Shown piece after piece: positions 12,252-25,351 of a stretch of 64,000 nt of DNA. Each line of letters starts with the position of its first letter. Positions within the stretch are counted from its first letter, which is position 1. Origin of the DNA: Negaprion brevirostris. Lineage: Eukaryota. The notes beneath the pieces are model-generated. The model saw only the letters and a program-made list of their open reading frames with translations. It searched no databases and was not told where the DNA came from. The stretch lies in the NCBI GenBank assembly GCA_030324005.1, contig JARDVH010000097.1, positions 63,478,500 through 63,542,499 of the forward strand. The letters are read 5' to 3'. Made by a program: the position numbers and the translations under genes.

Positions 12252-13529
12252 ATAAGTGTAAGTTGTTATTGTCATAAAATGTCAGCTTGCTTCCCCGTTC
12301 TCAGCCGAAAAGGATCACACTCCAGCAAGGAACGCTACTCCGAAGACCAATAGCTGGCCTAAAGCTTTGGGAACCCGGGGATTCAATCCACCCGACAGGG
12401 ACACGGATGTTCCAAAGGGATGTCAGAGATAATGGCTTTTCCCTCACAACACAACCCTTCTCCTGGAGTGCCTGCAGCTCAATGCAGGAAACTGCAGCCT
12501 CCCCCACTTCACTGGACCACGGAGCTGGCGAAATATGGATCCCTCGCAAAAAGATTTTTCACTCAGACTGTCTTTAGCAAACAAATCACGACTCCACAAA
12601 CCCTGAGTTATGATAATTGCGCAGTTAAACCTCTGGTGTAATGGGAATTTATGTAATTTTTCCACGCGGAGGCTTGCTTTTTTTTTTCAGGATCATTTCA
12701 ACTTGACTGCTTTCAAGAACAGCTGGCCTTGACAAAACAAAAAATCCAATCGATGAGCTTCTTGTTTTAAAAAAAAACAAAACCGTATAGAAGAATTCTG
12801 GGGAAGGTGGATGTTGAACTGGAGGGGTGGGGGGTGGGCTGGAAGGGGAGTTGGTTTGGAAGAAAAGGGGTAAAGTGATAGATGTTGCGTACGGAGAATG
12901 CGGTTTCACCCTTGTTGTCAGTTAATGGAAAGTGCACAGAAACTGGGAGTCCAGGCACAGGCTGCTTTAACTATTTCCTCTTCTCACGGCGGGTGGTGGC
13001 TTGGAGCGGGGGAGTGGGGGGGCGGTGGTGGGGCAAGGTTTCCTTCTGGCAAAGAAATAGCTTAAGTGAACAGCCAACGAGAGAATGTTAATGAGACCCA
13101 GTCCTGAGCTTTTTCAAGCCCCGCTGTCAACAGGAAGCTGCCTGTTGTTTACACCAGGCTAATTGGTAACATCCAAGATGGTGGTGGATAGGAATTAAAG
13201 GGGCAGCCTGCTTCCGGGAGTCAGACCACATTGATGTTCCTCAGGCACCAAGAACAAAGCCCCAGCAAGCAACGGCAGATCTTTAAAGGGGCACAACGCT
13301 TCCTGAAGGAAACGAGAAGAACCTTTTAACTTTTAAGTTCTGGGGAAATGGAGAGTTTCCATGCAACGTTGGTTCATTATGACGTGACACTGTGTTTGAG
13401 CATCCTGTTGATTTGTTTTGACATGCAGTGCATTTTAATGAGCAAACAGGATGAGGTGGGCCAAACACCTTTCTGTCGTGCCACTCTGCTGTTCCTTTAA
13501 AACCTCTAATTCCTTTAAGACCTCTGCTG

Positions 13530-13730
13530 TCTTGTGGACTTCCCTGCCCAGTGAAGCAGTTGAGACTATCTTGTTGAATGTTTCTAAGGCAAGAATCAAT
13601 AGATTTTTGAACAGTGAGGGAATTAAGGGTTATGGTGAGTGGGCGGGTAAGTGGAGCTGAGTCCATGAGAAGATCAGCCATGATCTTATTGAATGGCAGA
13701 GCAGGCTCGAGGGGCCATTCCTGCTCCGAG
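13530..13730 (+). mobile_element. CR1 LINE 3' end
   Basis: LWTSLPSEAVE...SKARINRFL motif plus the CR1 tail. Confidence 0.8.
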
Positions 13731-13806
13731 TTCTCATAGTCCAAGATGCTTTCCCCCACAATGAGGGAAATTGGTTCAACATTGTCTGAAGTCAAGACAA
13801 GATTAA

Positions 13807-13941
13807 GACCAGAATTTTCCAATCTCATACGCCCCGCTACAGCTGCCAGCGAGAATGGAGAACTTGGTGCTCAGCCAAATCTCCGTCCACTGCAGCGGGA
13901 CTGGAAAATCCCAGTCACGGGTGAGTTGGAGAATTATGGCT
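13807..13941. mobile_element. MITE, Harbinger-like termini
   Basis: gaccagaattttcc ... ggagaattatggct; the same subfamily occurs in opposite orientation at 17702-17835. Confidence 0.7.
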
Positions 13942-13997
13942 CGTGCTGTCCTCATCCACTTCCAAAAAGCTGATGATAAATGCCAGCAGTCTATCAT

Positions 13998-14300
13998 ACA
14001 TCATAGAATCCTACATTGCAGAAGAAGGCCATTTGGCCCATCAAGGCTGCACTGACCATAATCCCACCTATCCCCATAACCCCATGCATTTAACCTTGCT
14101 AATCCTCCTGACACCAAGAGGCAAATTAGCATGGCTAATCCACCTATCTTTGGGCTATGGGAGGAAGCCAGAGCACCCGGAGGAAACCCACGCAGACATG
14201 AGAAGAATGTGCAAACTCTACACAGACAGTGACTCAAGCCAGGAATCGAACCCGGGTCCCTGGCACTGTGAGGCAGCAGCGCTAACCACTATGCCACCCC
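13998..14300 (-). mobile_element. HE1-like tRNA SINE, near full length
   Basis: Reverse strand has A box tggcatagtgg, B box ggttcgattcc, conserved core and a CR1-like tail. Confidence 0.85.
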
Positions 14301-15937
14301 TAGACTGGATGCAATTCCATGTTTCTGAACTAGGGTCAATTTAGCATGGCCAATCTATCTCATGGCATGTCTTTGAATCTTGCCAACAATCCTGAGCCTA
14401 CCCTTACCAGACCTCCATAGTTACCCCAGTAACAGTTGTTGGTTAATCAAAAGAGTGTGTGTGGAAATTCTTAGTGGAAATGTTACAGTCATACGTGAGA
14501 TTAGTTAACTTTGACACCGGCGTGAATAGGAATGATAACCTGTAGGGTTCAAGATGGTGAATTTACCTTGTTATTTGGAGAGGGCACTACAATGACCTTG
14601 TTTTACTCTGGCCAAAGTACTACAGTGCTTATGACAATGGACCCTATCAGGGTCTGATAACATATTCATCCTCTTCAATACATTACGGAGATAACCACAA
14701 GCAGGCCCCTAATTGTACATGAAGAACATTCGCTTTCTCCTTTGAGGTGGCGCAGACAAGGTCATCTAATAAAGGCACAAGGGTCTGTATCTTTGGGGAA
14801 ACTTTTCTCAAAGTTCTGGAGCCTAAGTGAGTCTTGTTAAAATGGGGAATGTGATCCAGGCAACGGATTCGTAAACGAATGCCAGGAAAATGGATTAAAC
14901 CCTTGTCAGCTTTACATGCTGACATGCAGCAGGGGCAGGAAATGACAGCCCCTGCAGTTAATGAAGTCCAGAAGCTAAAAGATTAGGCATTTCTTTCATC
15001 CCAACATCTCTCTGAAACAACCGAGGGGCAACCGCCTCTGGTTTGTTTGCCGGTAAGATATGCCTGCCTGGGGTTCAGAGTAAGTTCAAGGATTCCTCTG
15101 TAGCTGGCGGGAGGCTGATCTGCCCTCGCCGCTGAGGAGTTTGTCTTGATTACTGGGGGTCACACAGAGACTTAACCAACTGGCTAATGTGCTTTGCAGA
15201 TTTGATTGGGGGTAGGAGTGAGCAAGAAGGCAACTGTGGCACAGTGAGTGCTATATATTGGTGTCCTTTTATAACACAGCTTCCTCCGCTGACATTCCAG
15301 GCAAGTGCTAGCACACAAAGCTCTTTTTGTTCAGGAGAGCGGCACTCCTTGCGATCATTAGCCAACAGTCCACCTTTATTTGATATGTCAAACACCGGTG
15401 TAGTAGGCAGAAAAAGCTCAAATAAGAGGCGGCCAGCTCAGACACGGGAGGTAACCGGCATGTGGATTGTATTTTTTTTTGCTGACTCCAGTTACACAAA
15501 TTCCTTTCAATGTTGGTGGCATCTTATCTTTTTTTATATATGAACACCCATTACGGATAAATTCAGAGCCTGCCTTTGCCATCGGAAACACTAGCAGCGG
15601 AGGGTCGATTTTTCAGACAGGGAGGGAATACACTCACGAGTCAGGGTGACAAGAGGAAGGTAGAGACGCTGAAATAATGAGATGTGCTCAACGATTACCC
15701 CCCAAGTGGTGAGCACTGAAAAATCATAAATCAGTTCTTTAAGCTCAGATTTCGTTTCACTTGGCAAAACAGGAGAAATCTAGGAGATTAAAATACCAGG
15801 GTATAGGTACCACCAAACAGGGTAAATAGGTAAATAGTAATAGGATAATAGGATAAATGGACTCTAGAAAGAAAAGATGTAAGTGCTTTGTTCACTGTAG
15901 TTCAGAAACATGGAATTACATATTGCATCCACTCTTG

Positions 15938-16258
15938 GGGCCGCACAGTGGCAGAGTGGTTAGCACTGCTGCCCCACAGCGCTGGGGATCCGGGTTCGAT
16001 TCCCACCTCGGGTCAATGTCTGCAGAATCTGCACCTTCTCCCCATGTCTGCGTGGGTTTCCTCCAGGTGCTCCGGTTTCCTCCCACAGTCCAAAGGTGTG
16101 CGGGTTGAGTGGCTTGGCCATGCTAAATTGCCTCTTAGTGTCAAGAGGACTAGTTAGGGTAAATGCATGGGGGTTATGGGGATAGGGCCTGGGTGGGATT
16201 GTGGTCGGTGCAGACTCGATGGGCCAAATGGCTTCCATCTGTACTGTAGCAATTCTAT
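15938..16258 (+). mobile_element. HE1-like tRNA SINE, full length
   Basis: A box tggcagagtgg, B box ggttcgattcc, core gtgggtttcctccaggtgctccggtttcctcccacagtccaaag, tail gggccaaatggc...ctgtactgtag..ttctatg. Confidence 0.9.
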
Positions 16259-16361
16259 GGGTACATGTACCACCAAACAAATGGTGATAGGGTAAAAGGA
16301 AAGATGTAAATGCTTTGTCCACTTGTTCAGAAACATGGAATTAAATATTGCATCCAGTCTA

Positions 16362-16550
16362 GGGGTGGCACGGTGGCACAATGGTTCACACTGCTGCCTC
16401 ACAATGCCAGAGACCCGGGTTCAATTCCCACCTTGGGTTACTGTCAATGCTGAGTCTGTACATTCTCCCCATGCCTGCATGGGATTGCTCTGGTTTCCTC
16501 CCACAGGCCAAAGATGTGCAGGTTAGGTGGATTGGCTGTGTGAAATTACT
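16362..16550 (+). mobile_element. HE1-like SINE, 3'-truncated
   Basis: Same head and core as the copy at 15938. Confidence 0.8.
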
Positions 16551-16754
16551 TCAGGTCCTTGGCCAGTCACCTTGAATTGATGTCCNNNNNNNNNNNNNNN
16601 NNNNNNNNNNNNNNNNNNNNNNNNNNNNNNNNNNNNNNNNNNNNNNNNNNNNNNNNNNNNNNNNNNNNNNNNNNNNNNNNNNNNNACCTATCTGATTCAC
16701 TGATGAGAAGGAAATCCGCCATCTTCACCTGGTCTGGCCTACACGTAAATCTCA

Positions 16755-17150
16755 TGACACATGACAGCACAAAGTCGCTGAGCAGAGACTGATAGCCAAG
16801 TTCCGCACACGAGGATGGCCTCAACCGGGACCTTGGGTTCATGTCACACTATTTGTAACCCCCATGATTTGCCTGGGCTTGCAACATCTCACTTACTGTC
16901 TTGTCTGGAAACAATACATATCTCTTTAACCTATGCTTAATGCTATCTCCACTCACATTGTCTGCATCTTTAAGACTTGATAAGCTGTAAAGATTCACAT
17001 TCTAATCAGTATTCTGTAAACTGAATGTGTGTCTTTGTGCCTGTTTGTGATCAGAACTCCCCACTCATTGAAGGGGCAGAGCCCCGAAAGTGAGTGTCGT
17101 TTGCTACCATGTAAACCTGTTAGACTTTAACCTGGTGTTGGGAGACTTAC
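16755..17150 (+). mobile_element. PLE 3' end (GIY-YIG C-terminus and terminal repeat)
   Basis: AEQRLIAKFRTHEDGLNRDLGFMSHYL*, then a UTR homologous to the reverse complement of 2916-3246. Confidence 0.85.
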
Positions 17151-17701
17151 GAATTTGAGATTACAGGAGGCTTGTACAAGACTGAATTCTAAACTAAAGC
17201 AAACCAGATGCAATTTGAATCCCTCTTGGTGTCATTATGTTTTATTCCTCCTGGTCAAAATATTTGAAAAGTGCATTTCTGAATGTACAGAGCAGAGCTT
17301 TATTATTGTGGGATGATGTCATTTGTATTTCCACATGCAAGAAATATCCTATTGACTGGAGCTGGCACAGGTGTGGGTGCCTGTGTCTGGGGGTTTGACC
17401 ATGGGTTATGTAATTCCATGTTCTTTTCAGTTTTTAGGAAGTTGCATTGATTAATTCTGTTCTGAAGACTAATTGCACAGGATTGTACCATTCTTTGTAC
17501 AACAGCTATTGAAGTTTAGTTTACAGCCCAAGGGAAGTTCTTGTGAAACTTTTGTTGATAGTCTCTACAACGGTATAACACACTGAGCTTGGCTGTACAG
17601 ACTACTAGAACATATCAATTTAATATAAGTTAAGCAGGAGCAAGTGACCCTTGGTGACCTTGTGTGCACAAGATGAAGAATCTAAAAATGAGAACATTTT
17701 T

Positions 17702-17835
17702 GGCCGGATTGTCTGACCTCACCCGCAGCTGGGATCCTCCGGTTCCGCTGCATTGAATGGAGATTTGGCTAAGCGCCAAATTCTGTGTTCTTGCTGGCAG
17801 CAGTGGTGGGCATGAAAGACTGGAAAATTGTGGCC
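17702..17835. mobile_element. MITE, Harbinger-like termini
   Basis: ggccggattgtct ... ggaaaattgtggcc. Confidence 0.7.
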
Positions 17836-19099
17836 TTTATATTTATTTCACGGCGTGTATAAGTGTTGAATCACTACTTAAAAGCCAACTTTTTGGAAAA
17901 TTCAGTTCTTTCCCTTGTAAGCACGCTGATATTCCTGTTTCATTTTGCCACCAACAGAATTCCTGTCAGAAGTAGGGGCCAGCTGTTTCCTGAACCTGTC
18001 TTTTCCTCAGCAGCTATAATCAAATGAGGTGATAATGGAAATATGTTATTTGACAAAATTCCAGTTACTACTGCTGCCATTGGGCGGACTGTAAGCAGGC
18101 TGAAATAAATTAAGCAGACTATAGATATACTGAAGAAGTTTTATGTCAATTAACTGTGGTTGATATATTGGCTAGCTGTGGATCGTTTTCTTAAGGTGCT
18201 GATAATCTGCTCGACAGACTTGACATAGGTTGGGACCATCTACAGTTTTTTTTTGTGCATCAAACCCTTCACCAACTATCCCTACCTTGAAATACAATCA
18301 CCACCACCCCACCTACCCTCCTCNNNNNNNNNNNNNNNNNNNNNNNNNAGAACAGTAATCAAGCTTGGGCCGCCCTTATGGAGATCCCTCATTTTACCAT
18401 GTTTATGAAAGGGTCCCAAAGGAGGCAAAAGCTATATCTTGCAGTATTGACAATACCAACATCCACTCATCTGTACTTTAACTACTTGAAGCCCATGTGA
18501 AGGTTTGAGTGAAAATTTGACAGCAGCATGAATAGACGATACAGCTCTACAGTTGGACTGCCCCAGATTTTGTGCTCTGTAAGTGGGACTCGTGTTTCCT
18601 TGTGAGCTCCATTTACTAACCAATGGATTTCCTAAACACAGAGACATTTTACTTTCTCAAGTTTCAATTAGCTACATGACCGGGAATGATGACTATTAAT
18701 TCGAATGCCCACGCTATTAAGCAGCTGTAATGATTCTGCTGTTATGTGGCAATCTAACCTGCCAACTCTTGTCAAGGAAGACATGTAAGTTTCCAATCAC
18801 TCATAGCCAAGAACATTGATCGATAACATTTTGAGCTGATATTTCTAGTTAAACCTGCAGAAAATGTTTCCCTCCTTTTCTTCACCCACTTTTTCACTGC
18901 TCATCACCCTTGAGTGGTGTTAGCAAGTATTTGGAATGTTGGGTTTTGTAAATAGATATACTTTAAACAGTCTATTTACTTCCAAGAGTTTGGGGTCAGA
19001 AGAATAGCTAATTAGCATTTCTGTCAGGATATAATGCCCATGTGATTCACATTGCCTTGGGGATGGGCTTTGAAGGGGGGAAGGATCCACAGGAACTCC

Positions 19100-20580
19100 G
19101 TGCAGAATCAGGTTGCAAGGACAGAAAATCAGTGGGAGATGTTCAAAAATTGACTTAACAAGCAAAACCAGTTTATATTCCTTCGGGGTAAGAACTGTAT
19201 TTGCCAAGAAAATTGCCATGGATGAATAAAGAGAAAAGGCGCAACATAATACTCAAAGAAAAAGCACAGAAAATGCAAAAGAGAAACATAGGTCCAGGCA
19301 AATGACAGAGATACAAAGAACACTGTAAACTGTAAGAGCTATGAAACAGAATAATGAATAGAAATTTACAAGGTAACTCAAAACTCACGCAAAAAACTTT
19401 TAAAATTATGTTAGGGAAAAGAGGATTCTTAAGAGAAATGCAGGCTGCTGATAAAATAGTGATATTAGGTATCTAAAAATGGAAACAAAAGGTGAAATGT
19501 TAAATTATTACTTTGCATTGATGTTTACAGTAGGGGAAGAGGAGAAGAATAACATGTCATACATCCCAAGAAAATCATAATACATCAGGAGTGGGGACTC
19601 ACCAAAATGAGTGGAAGCGAATGCAATAAAGAAAATAGTGAACTAAATCTCTGGAACCACATGGTTTTCATCCCAGAGTAAAGGAATTAGGCAGGAACTT
19701 CACAGTTGCTCTAAATAACATCATCTTCCAAAGATCTTTAAACGTAGGAGCTGTTCCTTTAGGTTGCAATATTATTCATGTCGCTCTGATATCTAAGAAC
19801 CGTGAGAGAGGGAAACCAGTTAAAGACTGGTTCACCCAACATCTGTTGTCAGGAAATTGCAAGTGTTTATAATTGAGGATGGAGCGACTGAAGATCTTGA
19901 AAGTTTTCAGTTGATCAGAGAGAGCCAGTGTGGATTTGTCCTTGCCTGAAAGTCACGCCTGATTCACCCAATTGAATCTTTTGAAGAAGGACTAAAGTAG
20001 TGGACAGGGGAACATCAATGGGTGATATTTATCTGAATTCCAAGAAAGCATTTGATAAAGTTCCCCAAAATGACTGTGAGCGAAATTTACATGAATGCAG
20101 TTCATACAATCCCTACAGTACAGAAGGAGGCCATTTGGCCCATTGAGCCTGCACTAACAACAATCCCACCCTGTCCCCGTAACTCCACATATTTACCCTG
20201 CTAATCTTCCCAAAACTAGGGTCAATTTAGCATGGCCAGTCAACCTAACCTGCACACCTTTGGGCAGTTCATAGAACTGATGGAATATTATTGACCTGGT
20301 AAGGATGAGTTTTAGGAGAAAGACAGTAGAGCTATTGGTCAGATACTATAATTGGCAGCCTGAAATGGATGCCGGAATTGGGTCGCAGGGATCAATTCTC
20401 TGCCCAACCAGACTGTTATTCCCACATGCCCTCAACCCCCCACACCATTCCTTGCACTCACACCCTGGCTATCATGATGTTCCATGAAACCTAGCAGAAG
20501 GAATTTAGGCACATATCAGCCATGGTCTCATGGATTGGCAGAATTGGCTCGAGAGGCTAATTGGCCTATTTCTGATTTTA
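19100..20580 (+). mobile_element. Decayed CR1 LINE ORF2 (linker to RT), interrupted by a SINE
   Basis: Frameshifted RT motifs TSVVRKL, RESQCGFV, KKAFDKVP; CR1 tail at 20515-20575; HE1-like SINE 3' part on the minus strand at 20102-20265. Confidence 0.7.
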
Positions 20581-20964
20581 AGCCACAGGCAGTTTGCCCA
20601 TTCTGCCCATTGGGCCAAGTCTCATGAGGAGACATCTGTTTATGAAGTAAAACCAAAACGTTGTATTATATTGAAATCCATACCATTATATAGTAATTAA
20701 AATTTTCTGGTTGATGAGTCAGTAAACAGATGGTATAAATTTAAGATCACCGCTTTGTAAGGTGAGGTTAGAGAGCTGGCATGGACAAAATTGGCAGAAT
20801 GACCTCATTCTGCACTGCAAAATTCTACAAAATTGTTTTTCTAACTTTCTTTCTGTATCGTTGCGTTTTTACCTCTGGTTTCCCTGTGCTCCTATGTTCC
20901 TAGCTGATTGACCAAGGAAATATTAGCTTTACCCCTTTGCTACTAGCTGAAGCCAGTATGTGGA

Positions 20965-21208
20965 TGGCACGGTGGCACATGGGCAGTATTGTGGCACAGT
21001 GGTTAGCGCTAATGGCTCACAGCACCCGGGACCCGGATTCGATTCCCGGCTTGGATCACTGTCTTTGCGGAGTCTGCACGTTTTCCCCCGTGTCTGCATG
21101 GATTTCCTCTGTGTGCATTGACCATGCTAAATTCGCCCTCAGTGCACCTGAACATGTGCTGGAGTGTGGCAACTAGGGGATTTTTACACTAATTTAGTTG
21201 CAGTGTTT
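20965..21208 (+). mobile_element. tRNA SINE with HE1-like head and alternative tail
   Basis: A/B boxes; tail gagtgtggcaactaggggattttt...ttgcagtgtt, shared with 44774-45030. Confidence 0.75.
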
Positions 21209-21209
21209 C

Positions 21210-22149
21210 AAATCCTGATCAAATCTCCCGGGGTTCAGGCTATCTCCCCACTTTCGGGGAACTAGTGGAGACCCCACCAGAATGAAGGGGGGGGGCAATT
21301 GGGGCCCCCCAGGGTGTTGTGCACCAGGTTGTGGTGCCCCCTGGGGATGGGCACCCTGGCAGTGTCAGCTTATGCTCCTGGCACTGTCCAAGGGGCAAAC
21401 TGACAATGCCCAGGGGGCATGCTGGCACTGCCCAGCAGGTACCGGGCAGTGCCATGAGGGCGAGGCCTACTGTGGGTGGAGTCTAGGTGCGATCGGCGGG
21501 GGTGGGGGATTCCCGCTGCCACTCTTCATTGGGATCGGTCTGGGATGGAGGAAGGGCAGCGATTGGGGCAAGCTGGGGGGGCCTTCCTCTGCAGGGAGAT
21601 CTGACTCCAGGGGGGNNNNNNNNNNNNNNNNNNNNNNNNNNNNNNNNNNNNNNNNNNNNNNNNNNNNNNNNNNNNNNNNNNNNNNNNNNNNNNNNNNNNN
21701 NNNNNNNNNNNNNNNGGAGGAGTGAGGGGGGGTGGTGAGAGGGCGGGGGTCTGCCAGGGTCAGAGGGGTGGAGTTATTGCCACTCCTGGCGGTGGTCGTG
21801 GACATCAGGGCATTCCGGGACTCAGGGGGTCAGGGCTGGCTCGGGAATTGTTGTGGGGGCCACAATCAGGCCTTGGGAGAGCTGGAGGGGCAGCACTGTG
21901 AGGGTTCCAGGCTGGTCAGCAAACAGGAGGTTAACAGTTTGGGGCCACTGCGCATGCACAGAGTTCCAGAACTGTCAAACTATGGTATGAATAGGCCCCC
22001 CTCCCCCACCGGGTTTTTAATGAGATTCCTGACTGGGACCTCTTCGGCACCCAGAGTGCGGAGATTCAACTGAGAAGTTAAACTGACAGAACAGTCGGGA
22101 TTTAGACCCATTTTCCCGCCAATTCAGCATTTTTGGGAGAATCTCGACT
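21210..22149. mobile_element. GC-rich non-autonomous DNA element (Harbinger-like)
   Basis: Ends tttttgggagaatctcgac; several ggcactgcc/ggcagtgcc motifs; contains an N-gap. Confidence 0.6.
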
Positions 22150-23164
22150 ATTGTTTCTATTTCATAGACAAATTGCCATTCTTAATAGGTGAACCTGGAC
22201 AGTGAGTTATTTTAAGAGCCTGATGTTATTCTCAAATGATATGCACACGCACACACCTTGCAGCAGGCACCATTGCATCATGATCATTTAACTGATCTAT
22301 TTTCCCATGGGCCAGAAGAAAAGGTCAATTGGTGCTTCCCTTTCGCTACTTTAATTTGAGTTCAGTTAACACAAAACTGCAGATGCAATTGAACCTGGGA
22401 CCTTTACGTCACATTGAACACAAATGAGTAAAACCTAAAGTCAGTGTCCCTCTTCATAATCTTCATCAATTCCAGTTTCCTCTAGCTCCCATCCACTCCT
22501 TATTTGTTTTTAAATGTACTAATTCTTTAGCTAGGTTGCCAATGAAGGCAAATTATTTCTGTTTTTAGGCAAAATAAGTAGCATTGGCTAAAAAAAATCA
22601 GTCATGTCTTTTTAATGTTAACATTTTTCTATATGGTGACAAGAATTTTATAGTTACAGCTGAACATTACTGGGTTGGCTTTGTATAGAATCATAGTTGT
22701 AGCAACTTGCAAACAACCAGGTTTTTGACAGCTTCTTGACAGCAACTGGAGGCAACATTTTGTTGCCAGGGTGTTGTCATTCTCAAGGAGGGTAGATGTG
22801 AGACATTAGTCTGTTGCCAGTAGCGACTTCAATATCCAACATGGTTGTGACTTGCAAACCTGCCATTAAACTGCTTTTTGAAAAACTGTAATGTGTATCG
22901 ACTCTGTAAATCAATATTATTGAAAAAAATGTGCAGTTGTGATGGATACATTTTTTGTACTGTGGGTAACTAAGACTTTTTAAATTGCCATTTAGAAACT
23001 TTACACATCTGGAAGAAGCAGGGTACATATATCGGCACGTAGTATTTTTACAAACAGTTGGAATTGCTTCTTGGCTGAGTTGGGGAGCCAAAGTTTCGGC
23101 AGATTGATGGGTGTAACATATGAGCAGCAGAGATTGTCAGTTTGAGGTTCTTAATGCCATTTGT

Positions 23165-23625
23165 CATAGACTCATAGAGTTTTACAGCATGGAAAGTGGC
23201 CTTCAGCCCATCATGTCCGTGCCAGTCACCAAGCACCTATTTATTCTTATCCCAACTTCCAGCATTAGGCCGATATCCTTCCATGCATTTCAAGTGCTCA
23301 TTTAAATATTGCTTAAATGTTTTGACAGTTCCCACGTCTACCATGCTTTCAGGCAGAGCGTTTGAGACTCCCACTACCCTCTCGGCGAAAAGGTTTTTCC
23401 TCATCTCCTATAAACCTTCTGTCCCTTAACTTAAATCTGTGTTCCCTTTTGCTAAGGGGATAGTTCCTTCCTATCCACCCTATCTATCGATGCCCCTCAT
23501 AATTTTATCCACCTCAATCAGGTCCCCCCTCAGCCTTCTCTGCTCCAATGAAAACAAGGCTAGCTTATCCAATTCTCTTAGCTGGAACTATCCGGCCCAG
23601 GGATGCATTTCTGTCAATCTCTGAA
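23165..23625 (-). mobile_element. CR1 LINE 3' fragment
   Basis: catagagtttacagcatggaaagtggccttcagccc tail and decayed ORF2 end on the minus strand. Confidence 0.75.
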
Positions 23626-25351
23626 CCTAACATGGCAGACTCAATTTGGACTGCCAAGGTTACGGCTTTTCCCAGGTTAAATCATCATCCTCCATGAGGA
23701 GAAGTTCCCTAATTCATGGAATTGAAATTGGAATTGGTTACGAATTAGTTAATTTGTTAGCTTGCTAAATTTACTGGTAGGAGCCAGTGGCCACAGTTGT
23801 GCCATGTATAATTTTATGGGCTCATTGTTTCCCTGACATCTCTGGCAGAATATATGTAATTTGAAAATCATGCACTTCTTTGGCCTGTAATATTTTACAA
23901 GAGCACTCATTGCACTGGCAAACACAGACGTGTCTTCTGTGAGCTGCTTAAATATTTACAAGTCTTCTGCACCAAAACAATACGAGTATTGCCTTTTTTT
24001 ATTGTTGCTACATCTGGACTGTCCATCCTTGCACCAAGTAAATAGGTAGGGAACCTTGCAATCCATCAGTCCCATGACATTGTTAGATGCCCCAGCAAAG
24101 AAAGAAATGGTACAATAGCCGATGTATTCATACTTTTCTCCATCATGCTTTTTGCCACTTTTTGTATATTTTATATCTTGGTTTCAATGTGCATATCAGG
24201 TTTAAAATATCTGCTCCATGCTTACAACTTTAGTTTCCAGCATTTCGACAATTTGTTTCTTTTTCTCTGAGTCCACACCCAGGCTTAACTAATCAAGTAC
24301 AGTGTGCATCAATAGTAAATGGACTCACGTAATCATGAATCTCCACCCTGAATTTACATAATTCAGTGTGGGAATCAGCATTAATGTACAAGTAAATGTA
24401 CCTGTGAGAGGATATGTGAACACCAGGAACTCAATAATTAGGAATAGGAGTAGGCCATTTAGCCTGCTGTACCATTCAATAAAATCATGGCTGAGATGAC
24501 TGGATTTTGTATGTGGAAAACATTTGAATAGGAATTTCAGTCACTAGCTGAAGATTAAAGAATTCTACAAGTTTGGCAATGAAAGCGTGTTACTTCACTT
24601 GCTGAAAATCTCCATCTTTCTGACTGGGTTGGAATAGTTACTTCCAATATCTCTTTGCCTATGGGCTACAGTTTCTTTTATCATAAGGGATTGTTTTCTA
24701 GGGGAAAAAAAAATTAGTAATCAAACCTTTATTTTCTAAACAATGAAAATTGCATGCTTATTTGAAAAAGCCATTTCAACCATTAATGGGGAAATTAGGG
24801 TATCTCCACAACAACTTGGGGACAGCCTTTTCCTGATTCATNNNNNNNNNNNNNNNNNNNNNNNNNNNNNNNNNNNNNNNNNNNNNNNNNNNNNNNNNNN
24901 NNNNNNNNNNNNNNNNNNNNNNNNNNNNNNNNNNNNNNNNNNNNNNNNNNNNNNNNNNNNNNNNNNNNNNNNNNNNNNNNNNNNNNNNNNNNNNNNNNNN
25001 NNNNNNNNNNNNNNNNNNNNNNNNNNNNNNNNNNNNNNNNNNNNNNNGTTGTTTAAGCTTATTGACCCAGAGTTTGCATCAATAATGACAGCAAGGTTAA
25101 CATCACTGATCTAAATTGGATGTGGGCCACAGTCAATGAGGTGAATAGTGAGCATTGTTCCTTTGTCGCTGAATGAGAAATCCAGGCTAACCTATTATTT
25201 AAGTCTAATGTTAGTGGATGAAGTGGCAACATGTATAGACCTGGACTGTGTAATAAAGCTTTGAATTATCATTGTTCTGAAATTCTGATGTTAAGTGTAC
25301 AGTGTGGAGCTGGCACTGAATGTGCGAGTGCCTTTCCCAAAATAAAACAAA

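Noticed and set aside
13283-13828. 181-aa ORF on the minus strand
   Set aside because: Runs antisense through a CR1 tail and into a MITE; no coherent protein.
15938-16010. tRNA gene
   Set aside because: The A/B boxes belong to a SINE head followed by SINE core and tail; no complete cloverleaf.
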